This document shows positions 27,186-41,034 of a DNA stretch of 60,924 nucleotides, in pieces (positions within the stretch are counted from its first letter, which is position 1; each line of letters opens with the position of its first letter). Made by a program: the position numbers and the translations under genes. Source of the stretch: Octopus sinensis (Eukaryota). Under the pieces are notes generated by a model. The model ran no database searches. It saw only the letters and a list, made by a program, of their open reading frames with translations, and had not been told where the DNA came from. The stretch is from the NCBI RefSeq assembly GCF_006345805.1, contig NW_021832419.1, forward strand, positions 1-60,924, written 5' to 3'.

Positions 27186-27784
27186 TGCATACATGTGTGT
27201 GTATAATATTTATTGTAATATACGCTATATATAAGTATTATATACAGGTGCGTGTACGTATTAAATATATCATATAGTGTGTGCGTATATATATGTATGT
27301 AGCATACACATACAAGCATAAGTAAAATGCGGTTTGAGGAATAAGCCAAGGCCTAATGTAAGTTACCGCGAATAAAAACCAAATATTAGATGCAGATATG
27401 AGAATATGATTCCTGTAATAGCTCACGAAAGGGTTTTATTTCAGAGAACGTCAGAAGTCCAGGCTGTGGAATCAGCATTTCAGAGAGTTTAGCTCAGGAT
27501 AATTTTGTACCAGTTGCTGCTGTTGCTGTTGTTATTGTTGTTGTTAAGCAATAAAACGGGTAAGGGTGATTAGGTGATGGTCTAGGGCTTAGGGGGAAGG
27601 AGACCCCAGATCTTGGAAAAAAAAAACTTTGGTCGTCTTGTTGTAGTCGAGGGCTCTTCGTTGACGCCCGACATCACTGGGAGGTGGCCCCCGAAGTCGC
27701 TGGAAATGGAAATCTCCAGGTCCAAATTCTCGAACGGCTGCTGCTACTACTGCTACTGCTGCTATTGTTGTTGTTATTGCGATT

Positions 27785-28035
27785 TGGATTCAGCTCAAGA
27801 CCATGTGTCCTTTTATATATTTGTACTATTTTTGCGTTTAGGATCGGAATGCTCTGTCATTCTTACGTTATCGTTTCATTCCGATATCCGTTCTTCGGTT
27901 TTCTTCGAAGCGGGATATTCCTGTCTCGATCCATTTACGCCAAACAGTGACTTGGTTAGCTGTCATTTCCCAGAAATTTTGGTCTACACCAGTACTCAAC
28001 AGGATCTCTTTCAAGTGGTCTTTGTAGCGTCGTGA
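27785..28035 (-). pseudogene. RTE-clade LINE 3' remnant (ORF C-terminus)
   Basis: RRYKDHLKEILLSTGVDQNFWEMTANQVTVWRKWIETGISRFEENRR matches the RTE C-terminal pattern KRYKDxLK...WExxAxDRxxWR; followed by a 'DRAFRS' Zn-finger relic and a trinucleotide tail. Confidence 0.75.
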
Positions 28036-28233
28036 CCAGCACATACAAACCAACGTGATTCTTGCAATAGGCTGTTTAGAGCACGTTTTGTACTTAGTCA
28101 TCAGAAAGCCCACCGTCCCCGACTGCATAATGACCCCGACCGCTTCCCGACTGAAATGTACTTGATACTCAGAAACGAATCCTTGCCGCCGCCGCCAACC
28201 ACGATTATTTTGTATATCTTCAGCTATGTCCAT

Positions 28234-28492
28234 GGAGGCACGTGGCTTAGTGGTTTAGGTGTTGGACTCATGATCGTAAGATTGTGATTTCGATTCCTGG
28301 ACCGGGAACGCGTTGTGTTCTTGAGCAAAACACTTCATTTCACCTCGCTCCAATCTACTCAGCTGGCAAAAATGGGTAGTCCTGTGACAGACCGGCGTCC
28401 TGTCCAGTTGGGGAATTTATACGCCATAGCAACCGGGAAACCAGCCATATTAGTCTGTATGACTCGAGAAGAAACTTTACTTTTTTTTACAA
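28234..28492 (+). mobile_element. SINE-C (CORE-like), full length with 10-bp TSD
   Basis: tRNA head, 'gtgttcttgagcaaaacacttcatttcac'; TSD ctatgtccat at 28224-28233 and 28493-28502. Confidence 0.9.
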
Positions 28493-28505
28493 CTATGTCC
28501 ATATA

Positions 28506-28890
28506 GGCGCAGGAGTGGCTGTGTGGTAAGTAGCTTGCTAACCAACCACATGGTTCCGGGTTCAGTCCCACTGCGTGGCACCTTGGGCAAGTGTCTTCTA
28601 CTATAGCCTCGGGCCGACCAAAGCCTTGTGAGTGGATTTGGTAGACGGAAACTGAAAGAAGCCCGTCGTATATATGTATGTATATATGTATATGTGTGTG
28701 TGCGTGTATGTTTGTGTTGTGTTTGTGTTTGACAACCGATGCTGGTGTGTTTATGTCCCCGTTACTTAGCGGTTCGACAAAAAGAGATTGATAGAATAAG
28801 TACTGGGCTTACAAAGAATAAGTCCCGGGGTCGAGTTGCTCCAGCATGGCCGCAGTCAAATGACTGAAACAAGTAAAAGAGAGTAAAGAG
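28506..28890 (+). mobile_element. SINE-A, full length, young
   Basis: Head and tail near-identical to the copy at 49822. Confidence 0.92.
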
Positions 28891-29597
28891 TATTCATTTG
28901 AAGACAGTATATTGTGATTTGAGGGAAATTAGGCTGCTATTTCGTGCAAGTCTGTGTAGGTTCTTCTTAAGTAGCTTAGGTTGCTAGTTGTTATGGCCGA
29001 AATAGGAACAAGCATTCTTAACACTTAAACATTTGTTCGGATTTCTTTCAGAGTATGTTTGACTGTTCTATTTGAAGGTCGAATGCCTTTGCGTAGAGGT
29101 TTTCTCGCTGGCTCGTCTGTTTTCTTTTTCTCTTTCCGTTTTTGTTTTCAAGTCATGCTCATTGTTAATCTTACGAATCAGAAACAAGTGGAAAGGAAGG
29201 GACAGAATAAGTGAGGGAACAAGAAAGTGAACAGAAGGGAGAATAAAAAAAAAAATAGCTAAGAGATAGACAGATAGGAAGCTAAGAGCCAGACAGAGAG
29301 AGAGAGAGGAAGAGAGCGGGGGAGAGAGAGAGAGAGAGAGAGAAACAGTTTAAATAAAGGCATAGATAGTCCAAATAGATCTATTTGCATTTGTTCGATT
29401 GTTTGGACGTTAGTGTTTACCCATTTATTACTCAAACCACATTCCACCCATTGGTTGTTTCAGAAGTAAGGAAAGAAAGCGACTGACATATAAAATGGGG
29501 CGAAGAAACGCCGTGACGGCCGGAAATTGCAGCGTGAACACACAAGTTCGTGAGCAGAATTGTGGATAGAAATGAAAGCAAACCAGATGATGACTGC

Positions 29598-29875
29598 TTG
29601 TTATTGTTATTGTCGTTGTTGTTGTTGTTGTTGTTGTTATTGCTGGTGGTGGTGGTGGTGGTGGTGGTGGTGGTGGTGGTGGTAGTTGCGGTGTGATTAT
29701 GACGGTATTGGTAATGATGATATTGATGATGTAAGCAATGAAATAACTCCGGGTTTCGATTAACGTAAGTGGATGTGGTGTTGGTAGGAATTGAAGGTTG
29801 TGGTGGTGTTGGTTGTGGTGTTGGTAGGAATTGAAGGTTGTGGTGGTTGTGGTTGTGGTGGTGGTTGTGGTAATA
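29598..29875. repeat. (TTG)n/(GGT)n compound microsatellite
   Basis: Direct reading. Confidence 0.9.
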
Positions 29876-30413
29876 GTGAAGAAAAAGCAATCTTTTTGAA
29901 ATTTAATAAGCGGCAACGTAGGTCATGTTATCGAAAGAATAACTTTACGAAGAGCAAGTTTTGGTCAAAAGTCGATCGTGTAACCAACAATGATGTCGGA
30001 CAATGGTATTATTGCCGAAGATCCCGCACTTACATTAATTTACCACATCAAATGCACACACACACACACAGACACACACACACACACCACACACACACAC
30101 ACACACGGACACACACACACACACGCACACACACAGCCACACGAACATAGAAGGAGAAAGATGTGTCTATAGAACAGGTTTCGATCGGCAAGAGACAGCG
30201 GTGTACAATATCATTATTGTCACATGGACAACAATAATTGTGTGTGTATGTGTGAGCGTGTGTATGTGTGTGTGTTTGTGAGCGTGTGTGTGTGTGTGTG
30301 TGTGCATACGCACTATTAAAACACAAAGTCAAAGCGGAATTTACATTAGCGATGGGAATTCAGAACAATGACATCATATCCGACGAATCTCCATCTCCTT
30401 TGTTCTGTCCTCC

Positions 30414-30415
<2 letters not shown>

Positions 30416-30453
<38 letters not shown>

Positions 30454-30621
30454 GCACACACACACACACACATCACGCACACACACACACATACACACAC
30501 ACACACATGCACACACACACGCACACACACACGCACACGCACACGCACACACGCACACACACACGCACACACACACGCAAACACACACGCACACACACAC
30601 ATACACACACATACACACACA

Positions 30622-30657
<36 letters not shown>
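30416..30657. repeat. (CA)n microsatellite with CG variants
   Basis: Direct reading. Confidence 0.97.
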
Positions 30658-30659
<2 letters not shown>

Positions 30660-30912
30660 GTTTATGCACAAGACAAACGTGTATTAGAAAACCTTAGATA
30701 AATTTAAAGTACGAGTTAAACAGCGGCTATTACGTCCTTTTGCTGTATAATTTTAAACAGACGTAAAAGCATTTCGTTATTCTCTTTTCGTCACGGAAAC
30801 GCTAATTAATGTAGACACTGGATGGAGCTAAGTTCGAATTACTGTTTAATTTAAATGTCAATTTGATATAAACACTTTTTTATTCTGATGAAAGGAAGGA
30901 GAAGATACTCGT

Positions 30913-30945
30913 TCTCTGATGAGCAGATCTTTGAAGCATGTCAGG
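30913..30945 (+). ncRNA. Degenerate Penelope-type hammerhead motif
   Basis: tct-CTGATGA-gcagatcttt-GAAG-CAT-GTC-agg; GAAA is mutated to GAAG, weak stem II. Confidence 0.4.
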
Positions 30946-31037
30946 TAATCACCTTTATTTTTTTCTGTGAAGGAGAACAATGAGACGTATTTATGTCTGT
31001 TTGAATTCCAACGAGAAAGGCTTGAAACCTGAAGTTT

Positions 31038-31076
<39 letters not shown>

Positions 31077-31388
31077 AGCTGCTGCTGCTACTACTTATAC
31101 TCGACTCCCCCCTCTCTCTCTCACACACACACACAATGAGAGAAAGGAGTGAAGATGCATGGCTTAGTAGTCGATCCTAGAGTCGTAGGATCGAATCCTG
31201 GAAAGTTCGGTGTGTTAAGTCCCAAATAAGGCATTTTATTTGCTGTAGTTTACAAAACTGAAAGTGCATACCTACCGAATGCTAGTTCCGTCCTTCCCCC
31301 ACCTCTCTCGTATTCAGTATTTTGCTGGGTTAAGAATGAGAGAGCTGACAAATGTATCTATGTTCATCTTCGTCGAAAGAGAACCTTA

Positions 31389-33048
31389 AAAACAACTAGC
31401 TAAAGCAGTCATGAGCAAACTGCGGCACACGGGACTTTCTGAATGGCACTGGCACGTCTAACAAAAAAAAAATAACTTTGAATTTTTTTAATAGAGTGGT
31501 CTGTCTGATGACGGACCATGTCTCATGCAGGTTGCTTCTCGAAAACAACTAGCTAAAGCAGTCATGAGCAAACTGCGGCACACGGGACTTCTGAATGGCA
31601 CGTCTACAAAAAAAAAATAACTTTGAATTTTTTAATAGAGTGGTCTGTCTGATGACGGACCATGTCTCATGCAGGTTGCTTCTCGAAAACAACTAGCTAA
31701 AGCAGTCATGAGCAAACTGCGGCACACGGGACTTTCTGAATGGCACGTCTAACAAAAAAAAATAACTTTGAATTTTTTTTATAGAGGTCTGTCTGATGAC
31801 GGACCATGTCTCATGCAGGTTGCTTCTCGAAAACAACTAGCTAAAGCAGTCATGAGCAAACTGCGGCACACGGGACTTTCTGAATGGCACTGGCACGTCT
31901 AACAAAAAAAAATAACTTTGAATTTTTTTAATAGAGTGGTCTGTCTGATGACGGACCATGTCTCATGCAGGTTGCTTCTCGAAAACAACTAGCTAAAGCA
32001 GTCATGAGCAAACTGCGGCACACGGGACTTTCTGAATGGCACTGGCACGTCTAACAAAAAAAAATAACTTTGAATTTTTTTTATAGAGTGGTCTGTCTGA
32101 TGACGGACCATGTCTCATGCAGGTTGCTTCTCGAAAACAACTAGCTAAAGCAGTCATGGGCAAACTGCGGCACACGGGACTTTCTGAATGGCACTGGCAC
32201 GTCTAACAAAAAAAAATAACTTTGAATTTTTTTTATAGAGTGGTCTGTCTGATGACGGACCATGTCTCATGCAGGTTGCTTCTCGAAAACAACTAGCTAA
32301 AGCAGTCATGAGCAAACTGCGGCACACGGGACTTTCTGAATGGCACTGGCACGTCTAACAAAAAAAAATAACTTTGAATTTTTTTAATAGAGTGGTCTGT
32401 CTGATGACGGACCATGTCTCATGCAGGTTGCTTCTCGAAAACAACTAGCTAAAGCAGTCATGAGCAAACTGCGGCACACGGGACTTTCTGAATGGCACTG
32501 GCACGTCTAACAAAAAAAAATAACTTTGAATTTTTTTTATAGAGTGGTCTGTCTGATGACGGACCATGTCTCATGCAGGTTGCTTCTCGAAAACAACTAG
32601 CTAAAGCAGTCATGAGCAAACTGCGGCACACGGGACTTTCTGAATGGCACGTCTAACAAAAAAAAATAACTTTGAATTTTTTTAATAGAGTGGTCTGTCT
32701 GATGACGGACCATGTCTCATGCAGGTTGCTTCTCGAAAACAACTAGCTAAGCAGTCATGAGCAAACTGCGGCAACACGGGACTTTCTGAATGGCACGTCT
32801 AACAAAAAAAATAACTTTGAATTTTTTTAATAGAGTGGTCTGTCTGATGACGGACCATGTCTCATGCAGGTTGCTTCTCGAAAACAACTAGCTAAAGCAG
32901 TCATGGGCAAACTGCGGCACACGGGACTTTCTGAATGGCACGTCTAACAAAAAAAAAATAACTTTGAATTTTTTTAATAGAGTGGTCTGTCTGATGACGG
33001 ACCATGTCTCATGCAGGTTGCTTCTCGAAAACAACTAGCTAAAGCAGT
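31389..33048. repeat. Tandem array of 11 near-identical 144-153 bp units plus a 21-bp partial unit
   Basis: Units start at 31389, 31542, 31686, 31830, 31982, 32134, 32286, 32438, 32590, 32736 and 32881; partial unit at 33028; two variants differ by a TGGCAC duplication. Confidence 0.97.
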
Positions 33049-33259
33049 TTGTTTCCCGTTAGTTTGTGTACTTAGTATGTGTTTTTAACAGCAATTTGAA
33101 TTTGCGTCACGTTTCTTACAGTTTTGTGGAAGTAGAATGCGTCGACATGACCACGAAACTTAAAGTAATGCAGAGCTCAGTTAAATACACGTAACTCCAA
33201 CCAAATGTGCTAACTGCGCCTTTCTTTCGTTTGCTAACTCACTCGTATTGACCAAACAT

Positions 33260-33322
33260 ACATATGGAAAAATATACACATTCATACACACATATGTTCA
33301 TGCACACATGCATATACATATG

Positions 33323-33354
<32 letters not shown>

Positions 33355-33416
33355 TATATGTATATATATACATATTCACACGCACATATATATACCTATA
33401 CACACACATATGGTAC

Positions 33417-33447
<31 letters not shown>

Positions 33448-34153
33448 TACATATACAGACATACTTATATAAATAGATATATATTCATATATACAAAATA
33501 TATATACAATATATATATATACTGTGTATACAAATATATATTTACCTATATAAATATATTCATATCTATCTATATGTGAATATACATACATACATACATG
33601 CATACATACATACATACATACACATACACACATATATATATAAGTACACGCGCAAATATAAATATGCACACACAAACAAAACAAAACAAAACAAAACAAA
33701 ACAAAACAAAACACAAGCAAAAATAAAACTGATTAGAAAGAAAACAAGCCAAAACAGAAATATATAGAATATATATGGCCGACTTCACAAACAAATAAAC
33801 GTACGTAAAATAGACGAATGTAGATATTTATTCAAAGCGTAGTAATTGAAGTTACCTTGTGAAACGCGTCAAAGAGAGGAAAGGAAAAAAACGTGAATTT
33901 GCGTCAGAAAGCAGCCATAGTTGAAGCAACGGAACGATTGAAGTATCGGAGTGCATTAACTCTTATGGAAGCCTAGAGACTTTTCATTTGGTGTAAATAA
34001 ATCGCCCATTGCTTGAAAGTATCGTAATCAAATAGACAGTCCTTTAAAGAAAGGTAGGTGGGGTTATTGTGTATTCGTTCGGATGTAAGCATCTCTGTTA
34101 GTATACACCCATATATATATATTATATATATATATATATGTATGTATGTATAT

Positions 34154-34222
<69 letters not shown>

Positions 34223-34239
34223 GTATGTATGTATGTATG

Positions 34240-34285
<46 letters not shown>

Positions 34286-34286
34286 G

Positions 34287-34341
<55 letters not shown>

Positions 34342-34617
34342 ATATATGTATCTATGTATGTATGTATATATGGGCGTATATAGGTATGTGTGCATGTATA
34401 CATGTATACACGCACATACGCCTATATGCATGTATACATGTCAGGTGCAAATATACACGCATGCATGTATGTGCGCGTGCGTATATGTGTGTGTATCTGC
34501 TTGAGTGTTTTAGTGTACATACTAACATGTATGCATATATTCATACATTCATACATAATATATTCAAGCATATATACACGCATACACACATTCAAACATT
34601 TATACACTTATACATGC

Positions 34618-34652
<35 letters not shown>

Positions 34653-34780
34653 GAACATTCATACATACATGCATACATTAATACGTATGGTTCATACATG
34701 CATACATACATATATTCATGCGTACATGCATACATACATACATACATACATACATACATACATACATACATACATACAGA
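33260..34780. repeat. (TA)n/(CATA)n-rich microsatellite region including (AAAAC)n at about 33675-33712
   Basis: Direct reading; interrupted by a unique stretch at about 33780-34110. Confidence 0.9.
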
Positions 34781-35330
34781 TAAACGTGACGCAACCTTTT
34801 AACACGTGATATAAAACCTGCACAATCAGATCGTGTGCAGTCGTATCTAGCGGCAGCAATTCAAAGTATACACTTTCACAAACACAATTACAGTCAAAAT
34901 TTTAAAACGTTCACGTATCTATCTATATATGGATGCTTTCACCTGTTCATGTATATGCGCCTCCTTTGCGTTTGAGGGAAACTACCTGGTTGCCAAATGT
35001 ACGTTAATAACGACTAATAAAATCATTTCCAGACGCAGAGAGCAATGAATGTTTAGGAGTATTGAGTGAATATAATACTGTGTAGAGACTTGGCTATCTG
35101 AGGGAGAACCACACAGCGATGAAAGGGATGTAGGCGAGACAGCTGTTTTGCCAGCTGTAACGACAAACATTTACGTATGACCAAGTCTGAGACAGGTATG
35201 AATGAACAAGAAACCATTTAAAATTTGTTTAACCGTAGGTCACACACACACATACATGCACACATTGTCTGTATGTTTATACATACAAGGATAACACATA
35301 AACACACACACATCTGCACCTCTATATATA

Positions 35331-35435
35331 CAAGGGGTGTATGAAAAGTTTTGAGCCTTGAAGTCTTGTACCTTCATCAGAAGTCTTTACCATATTTTGT
35401 TTTTTTGAGGCTCAAGACTTTTCATACACCCCTCG
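35331..35435. mobile_element. 105-bp mariner-type MITE
   Basis: TA|caaggggtgtatgaaaagttttgagcct...aggctcaagacttttcatacacccctcg|TA; second copy at 45154-45258 in opposite orientation. Confidence 0.9.
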
Positions 35436-36427
35436 TACTTATATGCGCACTCAAACACACACACACACACACACGCACACACAAACATACATGCATACAC
35501 ATATTGACGTATTTCAGGAGGGTCGTTACACTAATAATGAACACGCGTATTGGCTTTATTTAATTTCTTTGTTATTCGACCATTGGTTAACTATATAACC
35601 AATTAACTAATCTAGACCGAAACTTATCTCCACTGTGGTTCCATGCCTTTAAGTAACACGAGACAGTGCTTTCTCTAACTATGTCAATTTACTTGAGAAA
35701 TTTATTCTTAAATTCTTGAAATTATCTTTCTAAATTATCTAAGCTCTTGACAATTACCTGACAGGTTTCTGTTTCCAGGTTTCAACTACACGTATTTCAT
35801 TGAATTAAGAATATAACATGTATGATATTCAATACATGTCCATTGAAGTTTGTCATTCAATTTCTTACCATTAACCCTTTTGAGTTATTTCCCTTAGCTC
35901 TTATTAATTTGCTACTGGAAATACTGTAACAGTTACTCATGAGTCCTAGACTGTCTTCATATATTTTCCCCTTTTCTTCCGTATTTCATTTCTTTCATAT
36001 CTTTCGCTTTATTTCTGCCATTCTAGCCTACAGTCACCATTATCTCCCCGTTTATCTCCCAACTATTCTGAAATACGCTACGTATTTCACACGCATATAT
36101 GCACAGAGGAAGGAGAAGAGAAAAAAAGGAGAGAGAGAAAGAGAGAGAGAGATAGAGAGAGAGAGAAGCTCTTGACTTTACCTAATAGCCTTGATTTTTA
36201 TGGTACCCTACCATTATCTCTGTGCTCCTTTTAGAACTCTTTATACGTGTGCTTTATTACAAGGTATGTATGAGACGTCTGGGCACAGCCGCTTTGCGCC
36301 GTTTATTTGGCGTCACTGATTCGACGCTGACTTACTTGACAACAGACGTTTTAACATTTCTGTCGTTATCTCCCTCCCTCTCTCTGTTTATATGCGTGAA
36401 CATCGAGTTAAGTTTCTATGCCTATAT

Positions 36428-36565
36428 ACTCACTCACTCACTCACTCACCCACTCACCCACTCACTCACCCAGTCACCCACTCACTCACTCACTCACTCA
36501 CTCACTCACTCACTCACTCACTCACTCACTCACTCATCACTCACTCACTCACTCACTCACTCACT
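36428..36565. repeat. (CACT)n microsatellite
   Basis: Direct reading. Confidence 0.95.
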
Positions 36566-37498
36566 CTCTATCTCTCTCCTCCTCTGTATGTGTATATTTC
36601 TGCGCACGGTGTCTTTGTGTGTGTGTGTGTGTGTGTGTATTTGCCTCCAGTGTCAAAACGTACAGTCGCCAAAACAGATCGAAGGTCTAGTCAGCCGGGC
36701 CAAATCGCCAGCATCTCAGTGGCCAAATCGTCTCCTTTCTGTTTATATAAGTTTCACTATTCAGACCTCACAAACACCTACCATTTCTCTCGCTACGACT
36801 ACTCTTGAAAACATTCTCATCCAACAAATAACGTTGGAAATACACACAAATACACCATACACGCACTCTCTGTCTGTCTATCTCTGTCTCTGTCTCTCTC
36901 TCTTCTCTCCGTTTTCCCCTTTCCTGCTATTCTACAGTTTTCTTTCTCTTCCTCATTCTTCTCTATCAATCATGATTCTCTTTAACTTTTCACTTGCTTC
37001 ACCAAACATATTTTTTTTATATCGGTTTTAAGATTGTATTTCTCTTTTTTTTTTCTTTACTTTTTATGCTTTTCATTTGTTTTCTTTTCCTTTCTGGATG
37101 CGTGTTTTGCATGTATGTATATATATTTAAATGCAGCTAATATGTGCCTATCTGTAACTGCAATGAACTCTTACGAATATGTACGCGTGTATGAGTGTAT
37201 ATGTGCATATTCATATGTGTGTATGCATACTTAAGAGTGTGTGTGTGTACGAGGGTATGAAGCTTTATAGGCACACTCAAATGGGAAACAAGTGTGTGTC
37301 TAAGTTTCCTAGAGTTTGTGTGTAAGTATGTGTGTTTGTGTATAAGTATGTGTTTCTGTATAATTGTGTATGTGTATACAGTATCTATCTATCTATCTAT
37401 CCATCCATCCATCCATCTATCGATCTATTTATACATACATACATACATATATACATACATAGTGCATGCAAACGTACATGCAAATAAACATGTGTGTG

Positions 37499-37536
<38 letters not shown>

Positions 37537-38349
37537 CATACATTCATACGTACGTATATTCATACGTATAGTTCATTCATGCATACTTACATGCATACAT
37601 GCTTACCTACATCTGTCAACAAGAATATGTACACACACACAAACGCACATGCAAACACATACATACACACACACACTCATACACACACATATGAATGCAT
37701 TGACTCGATGTTGCTTCGCTGAGATTCATTCACCGACATGGAGGATTAAATAGGAACCATACAGTGTTAGACCGAAGCATGGGTAGTTACAAGAAGCAAA
37801 ATAAAAATATTAAAAACGATACATTACTTTTCGTACGCGATTCATCATCTGGTAAATGTCAATACCAAATATACTAACTTACGAAGGCCCACTTAATGTT
37901 TTATAATATCACGGATGGTTGCACCTTCGAGTAGGGTGTATTTCCTGTAATGAGGATAGAGATTTTGAGAAAGAACGCAAACAGCTTGGTGCTGGATGGG
38001 AGGTGATCTGATTAACAAATCCTACTCGTGAATGCATGTACACATTTATGAATAACTACTTTGTATTTGTATGTGTGTGTGTGTGGTCTAGCTCTAATCA
38101 TCACATTTGGCACTTATAACTTTAACGATAAATCAGTTATTATTAGAACTGTCACTACTGCGACAGAGCAGCCAAATTAGTACCTGTAATAAACCCACTT
38201 CTTAGATATGGATGGGTGCACACGGCGGGGCTGTCACAGCAAGAATAACAACCGTCTCCACTCCTCACGTCACCCTATTCTATCTCACCCCAAACGCTGC
38301 GCTAACCTCTCTCCAATCATTCCTCCCTAGTATCAACCCACTGGAACTT

Positions 38350-38520
38350 CCTTCCTGCCGACAATTTCCTCGCAGACGTCGATTCACCAATGTTTAAATT
38401 TCAATATAAAGAGATGACTGTGCTGTTAGCCAGGCCGTCGGCATTCATGCTGACAGTAACCTCATCTTTGAAGGACAAGACCCTGAAATATTAAACATTC
38501 CTCTCCTCCCCACCAAGCGA
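38350..38520 (+). pseudogene. Possible decayed PLE GIY-YIG endonuclease fragment
   Basis: Translation 'RQFPRRRRFTNV*..RDDCAVSQAVGIHADSNLIFEGQDPEIL' loosely follows GQTxR..RFxEH..SAVxxH..F..IL. Confidence 0.3.
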
Positions 38521-39277
38521 TATTATAGGCAGTGAATTGGCCGAGTCGGTAGAGCATCGGACGAAATACTTTGTGGTATTTGTTTCTGTTCCTTATCCTC
38601 TCAGTTGAATTCACGTCACAGATAACTTTGCCTTTCATCCTTCTGGGAATCGATAAATAAAGTACCAGTCTATAGTGAGATATCTTACGGTATTTGTTTC
38701 GGATCTTTGTGGCCCGAGTTCAAATCCTACCGTGGTCTAGCTGTTGCAGGATTTGTCACCCGGTTTCACAATACCTCTTGATCCTTATGTGCATTTAACG
38801 AAGTTCCCTCTGTTGCAAGCAGCCAGGTCGGGGTCTCCGGTTTGAGGATACCGTTGTCCCTCTCTCTCTCTCTCATATGCCTCGGAAGCCTTGTAAAAGA
38901 GAATTATAGGCACTGAAATAATAGTTCACGGGCACTTTGAGATGGATCTGATTCGACGGTGGCAATGAAATCCTCCATTAATATCTCGAGCTGCCCATGA
39001 TGCATTTCCCAGAAAGAACTCATATTTCAAAACTGTACGAATTTCCGACTTATCCATCTCTAAACATAAATAGCAAAAAAACAAACAAAAGAAAAACAAA
39101 AACAAAAAAGATTTATAAATACTTTATAAAGCGAAAAATGAGTTAGACTAAAGAGATAGATCTGTCAGCTTTCTAACATTAAAATAAAGATTGTCAAAAT
39201 ATAATAATGGTGCAAAATGAGTGGCTGTCAAAGTTTACCATATGCCTTACTACAAATTTCATACTTGACGACCTAAT

Positions 39278-39675
39278 GTGGCTGTGTGGTAAGTAGCTTG
39301 CTTACCAACCACATGGTTCCAGGTTCAGTCCCACTGCTTGGCATCTTGGGCAAGTGTCTTCTGCTATAGCCCCGGGCCGACCAAAGCCTTGTGAGTGGAT
39401 TTGGTAGACGGAAACTGAAAGAAGCCCGTCGTATATATGTATATATATGTATATATATGCATGTGTGTGTTTGTGTGTCTGTGTTTGTCTCCCTAGCATT
39501 GCTTGACAACCGATGCAGGTGTGTTTATGTCTCCGTCACTTAGTGGTTCGGCAAAAGAGATTGATAGAATAAGTACTGGGCTTACAAAGAATAAGTCCCG
39601 AGGTCAAGTTGCTCGATTAAAGGCGGTGCTCCAGCATGGCCGCAGTCAAAATGACTGAAACAAGTAAAAAAAAAG
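39278..39675 (+). mobile_element. SINE-A, nearly full length
   Basis: Head from gtggctgtgtggtaag to tail gactgaaacaagtaaaa. Confidence 0.9.
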
Positions 39676-39989
39676 CCGACCTTGGCGGAATTCGAACTCA
39701 GAATGTTAAGATGGCCGAAAAGCGGTTAAGCATTTTGCCGGAATGGTAACGATTCTTATTTTTATTACTGCCCACATGGGGCTACACACGGAGGGGACAA
39801 ACAAGGACAGACAAACGGATTAAGTCGATTATATCGACCCCAGTTCGTAACTGGTATTTATTTAATCGACCCCGAAAGGATGAAAGAGCAAAGTCGACCT
39901 CGGTGGAATTTGAACTCAGAACGTAGCGACAGACGAAATACTGCTAAGCATTTCGTCCGGCGTGCTAACATTTCTGCCAGCTCGCCGCC
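39676..39989 (-). mobile_element. SINE-B long-tail unit plus partial second unit
   Basis: Head 'ctgccagctcgccgcc', core, long tail joined to 'agaatcgtt'. Confidence 0.85.
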
Positions 39990-40027
39990 TTTTTCCATTA
40001 CGAAAATAAATACCACCGTATCACTAA

Positions 40028-40425
40028 TCTTTATATATAAAAGTAAGGTTGTGTGTCTGTCTCCTACGATTTAGATTCCTAACTACTCCCACATTTTGCG
40101 GTGCAGTTTAACCAAAACCGGGTATCTTATAGTCGTGATTCATATCGAGCCCTTCTCGGTATTAGCGCGCGTCTACGATGAGTCTACGATTTAAAAAAAA
40201 ATTTACCATAATTTTTTTTCCATTTTAATGCATTTTTTCGCTATTATATAAGGAAAGTAACTCTCTAAAAATGTCTACGATGAGTCAACGATTTACAAAA
40301 AAATTTACCATCATTTTTTTTCCATTTTTAATGCATTTTTTGCTATTTTTTGGCTAAAACTCTCTAAAAATGCTTATATAGTTATTTCCCTTACAAACCC
40401 GAGCAACGCCGGGCGATACTGCTAG
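40028..40425 (+). mobile_element. Complete non-autonomous Helitron (family H1)
   Basis: A|TC 5' end, subterminal hairpin cccgagcaacgccggg, CTAG|T 3' end, no TSD; internal duplication of about 100 bp. Confidence 0.9.
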
Positions 40426-41034
40426 TAACATATATAAAATAATCAATCGAATCTGGATTGCCCAGCCGTATGTTTTCGTTTACTTTCTGAAACTGATTCA
40501 CACAAAATAAGCTTGATAAAATACAAGTACAGACATACTTCAACTTACGTTAGTTCCAAGACATATGCGACTTAACTCGAAAAACAACGTAACACGAGGA
40601 AACATTTTAAAAACTAAATTAGCTTATATCTGTTTTACTAAATGTTTTCTTCATATCTTCACATGTATTTCATTTGGTTTTCCTCTTCAATATTTGTTTG
40701 TTGGAGCTTTTATAATTTTTATTCTTTTAGATATGTTCGCTGAGACCAACGTAAATTTGGATAAATCGACTGAAGTTGCTTACGCAAGATTTTAATCACA
40801 AAAACACAGAAACAAATGTGGAAATAATGAATAATATGTAAAACGAATAAGAAATTATTGCAAAATATTAGCAACTCGTTAATTGTAATAAAATATCTCT
40901 GAAAATAATAGAAAGAAGCTATCTTTTTCGCACATACTGTATATATATGTCTACTCATTAGCTCAAAGCCACACATGATTTGTAGTTATCGATCTGAATC
41001 GACCCCAATACATATACACGTGTGTGTGTGTGTG

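Noticed and set aside
28234-28310. tRNA genes at SINE heads (also 55450)
   Set aside because: A/B boxes continue into SINE bodies, with a TSD at 28234; no intact cloverleaf
31389-33048. CRISPR-like array, hammerhead or C/D snoRNA cluster in the tandem repeat (CTGATGA...GAAA; TGATGA...CTGA)
   Set aside because: No variable spacers or cas genes; CTGATG is the loop of a local hairpin and stems I-III do not form; no proper terminal stem or recognisable guide for a snoRNA
36222-37031. 269-aa ORF
   Set aside because: Held open by (CACT)n, (TG)n and (CT)n tracts; no domain; only a possible micro-exon retained
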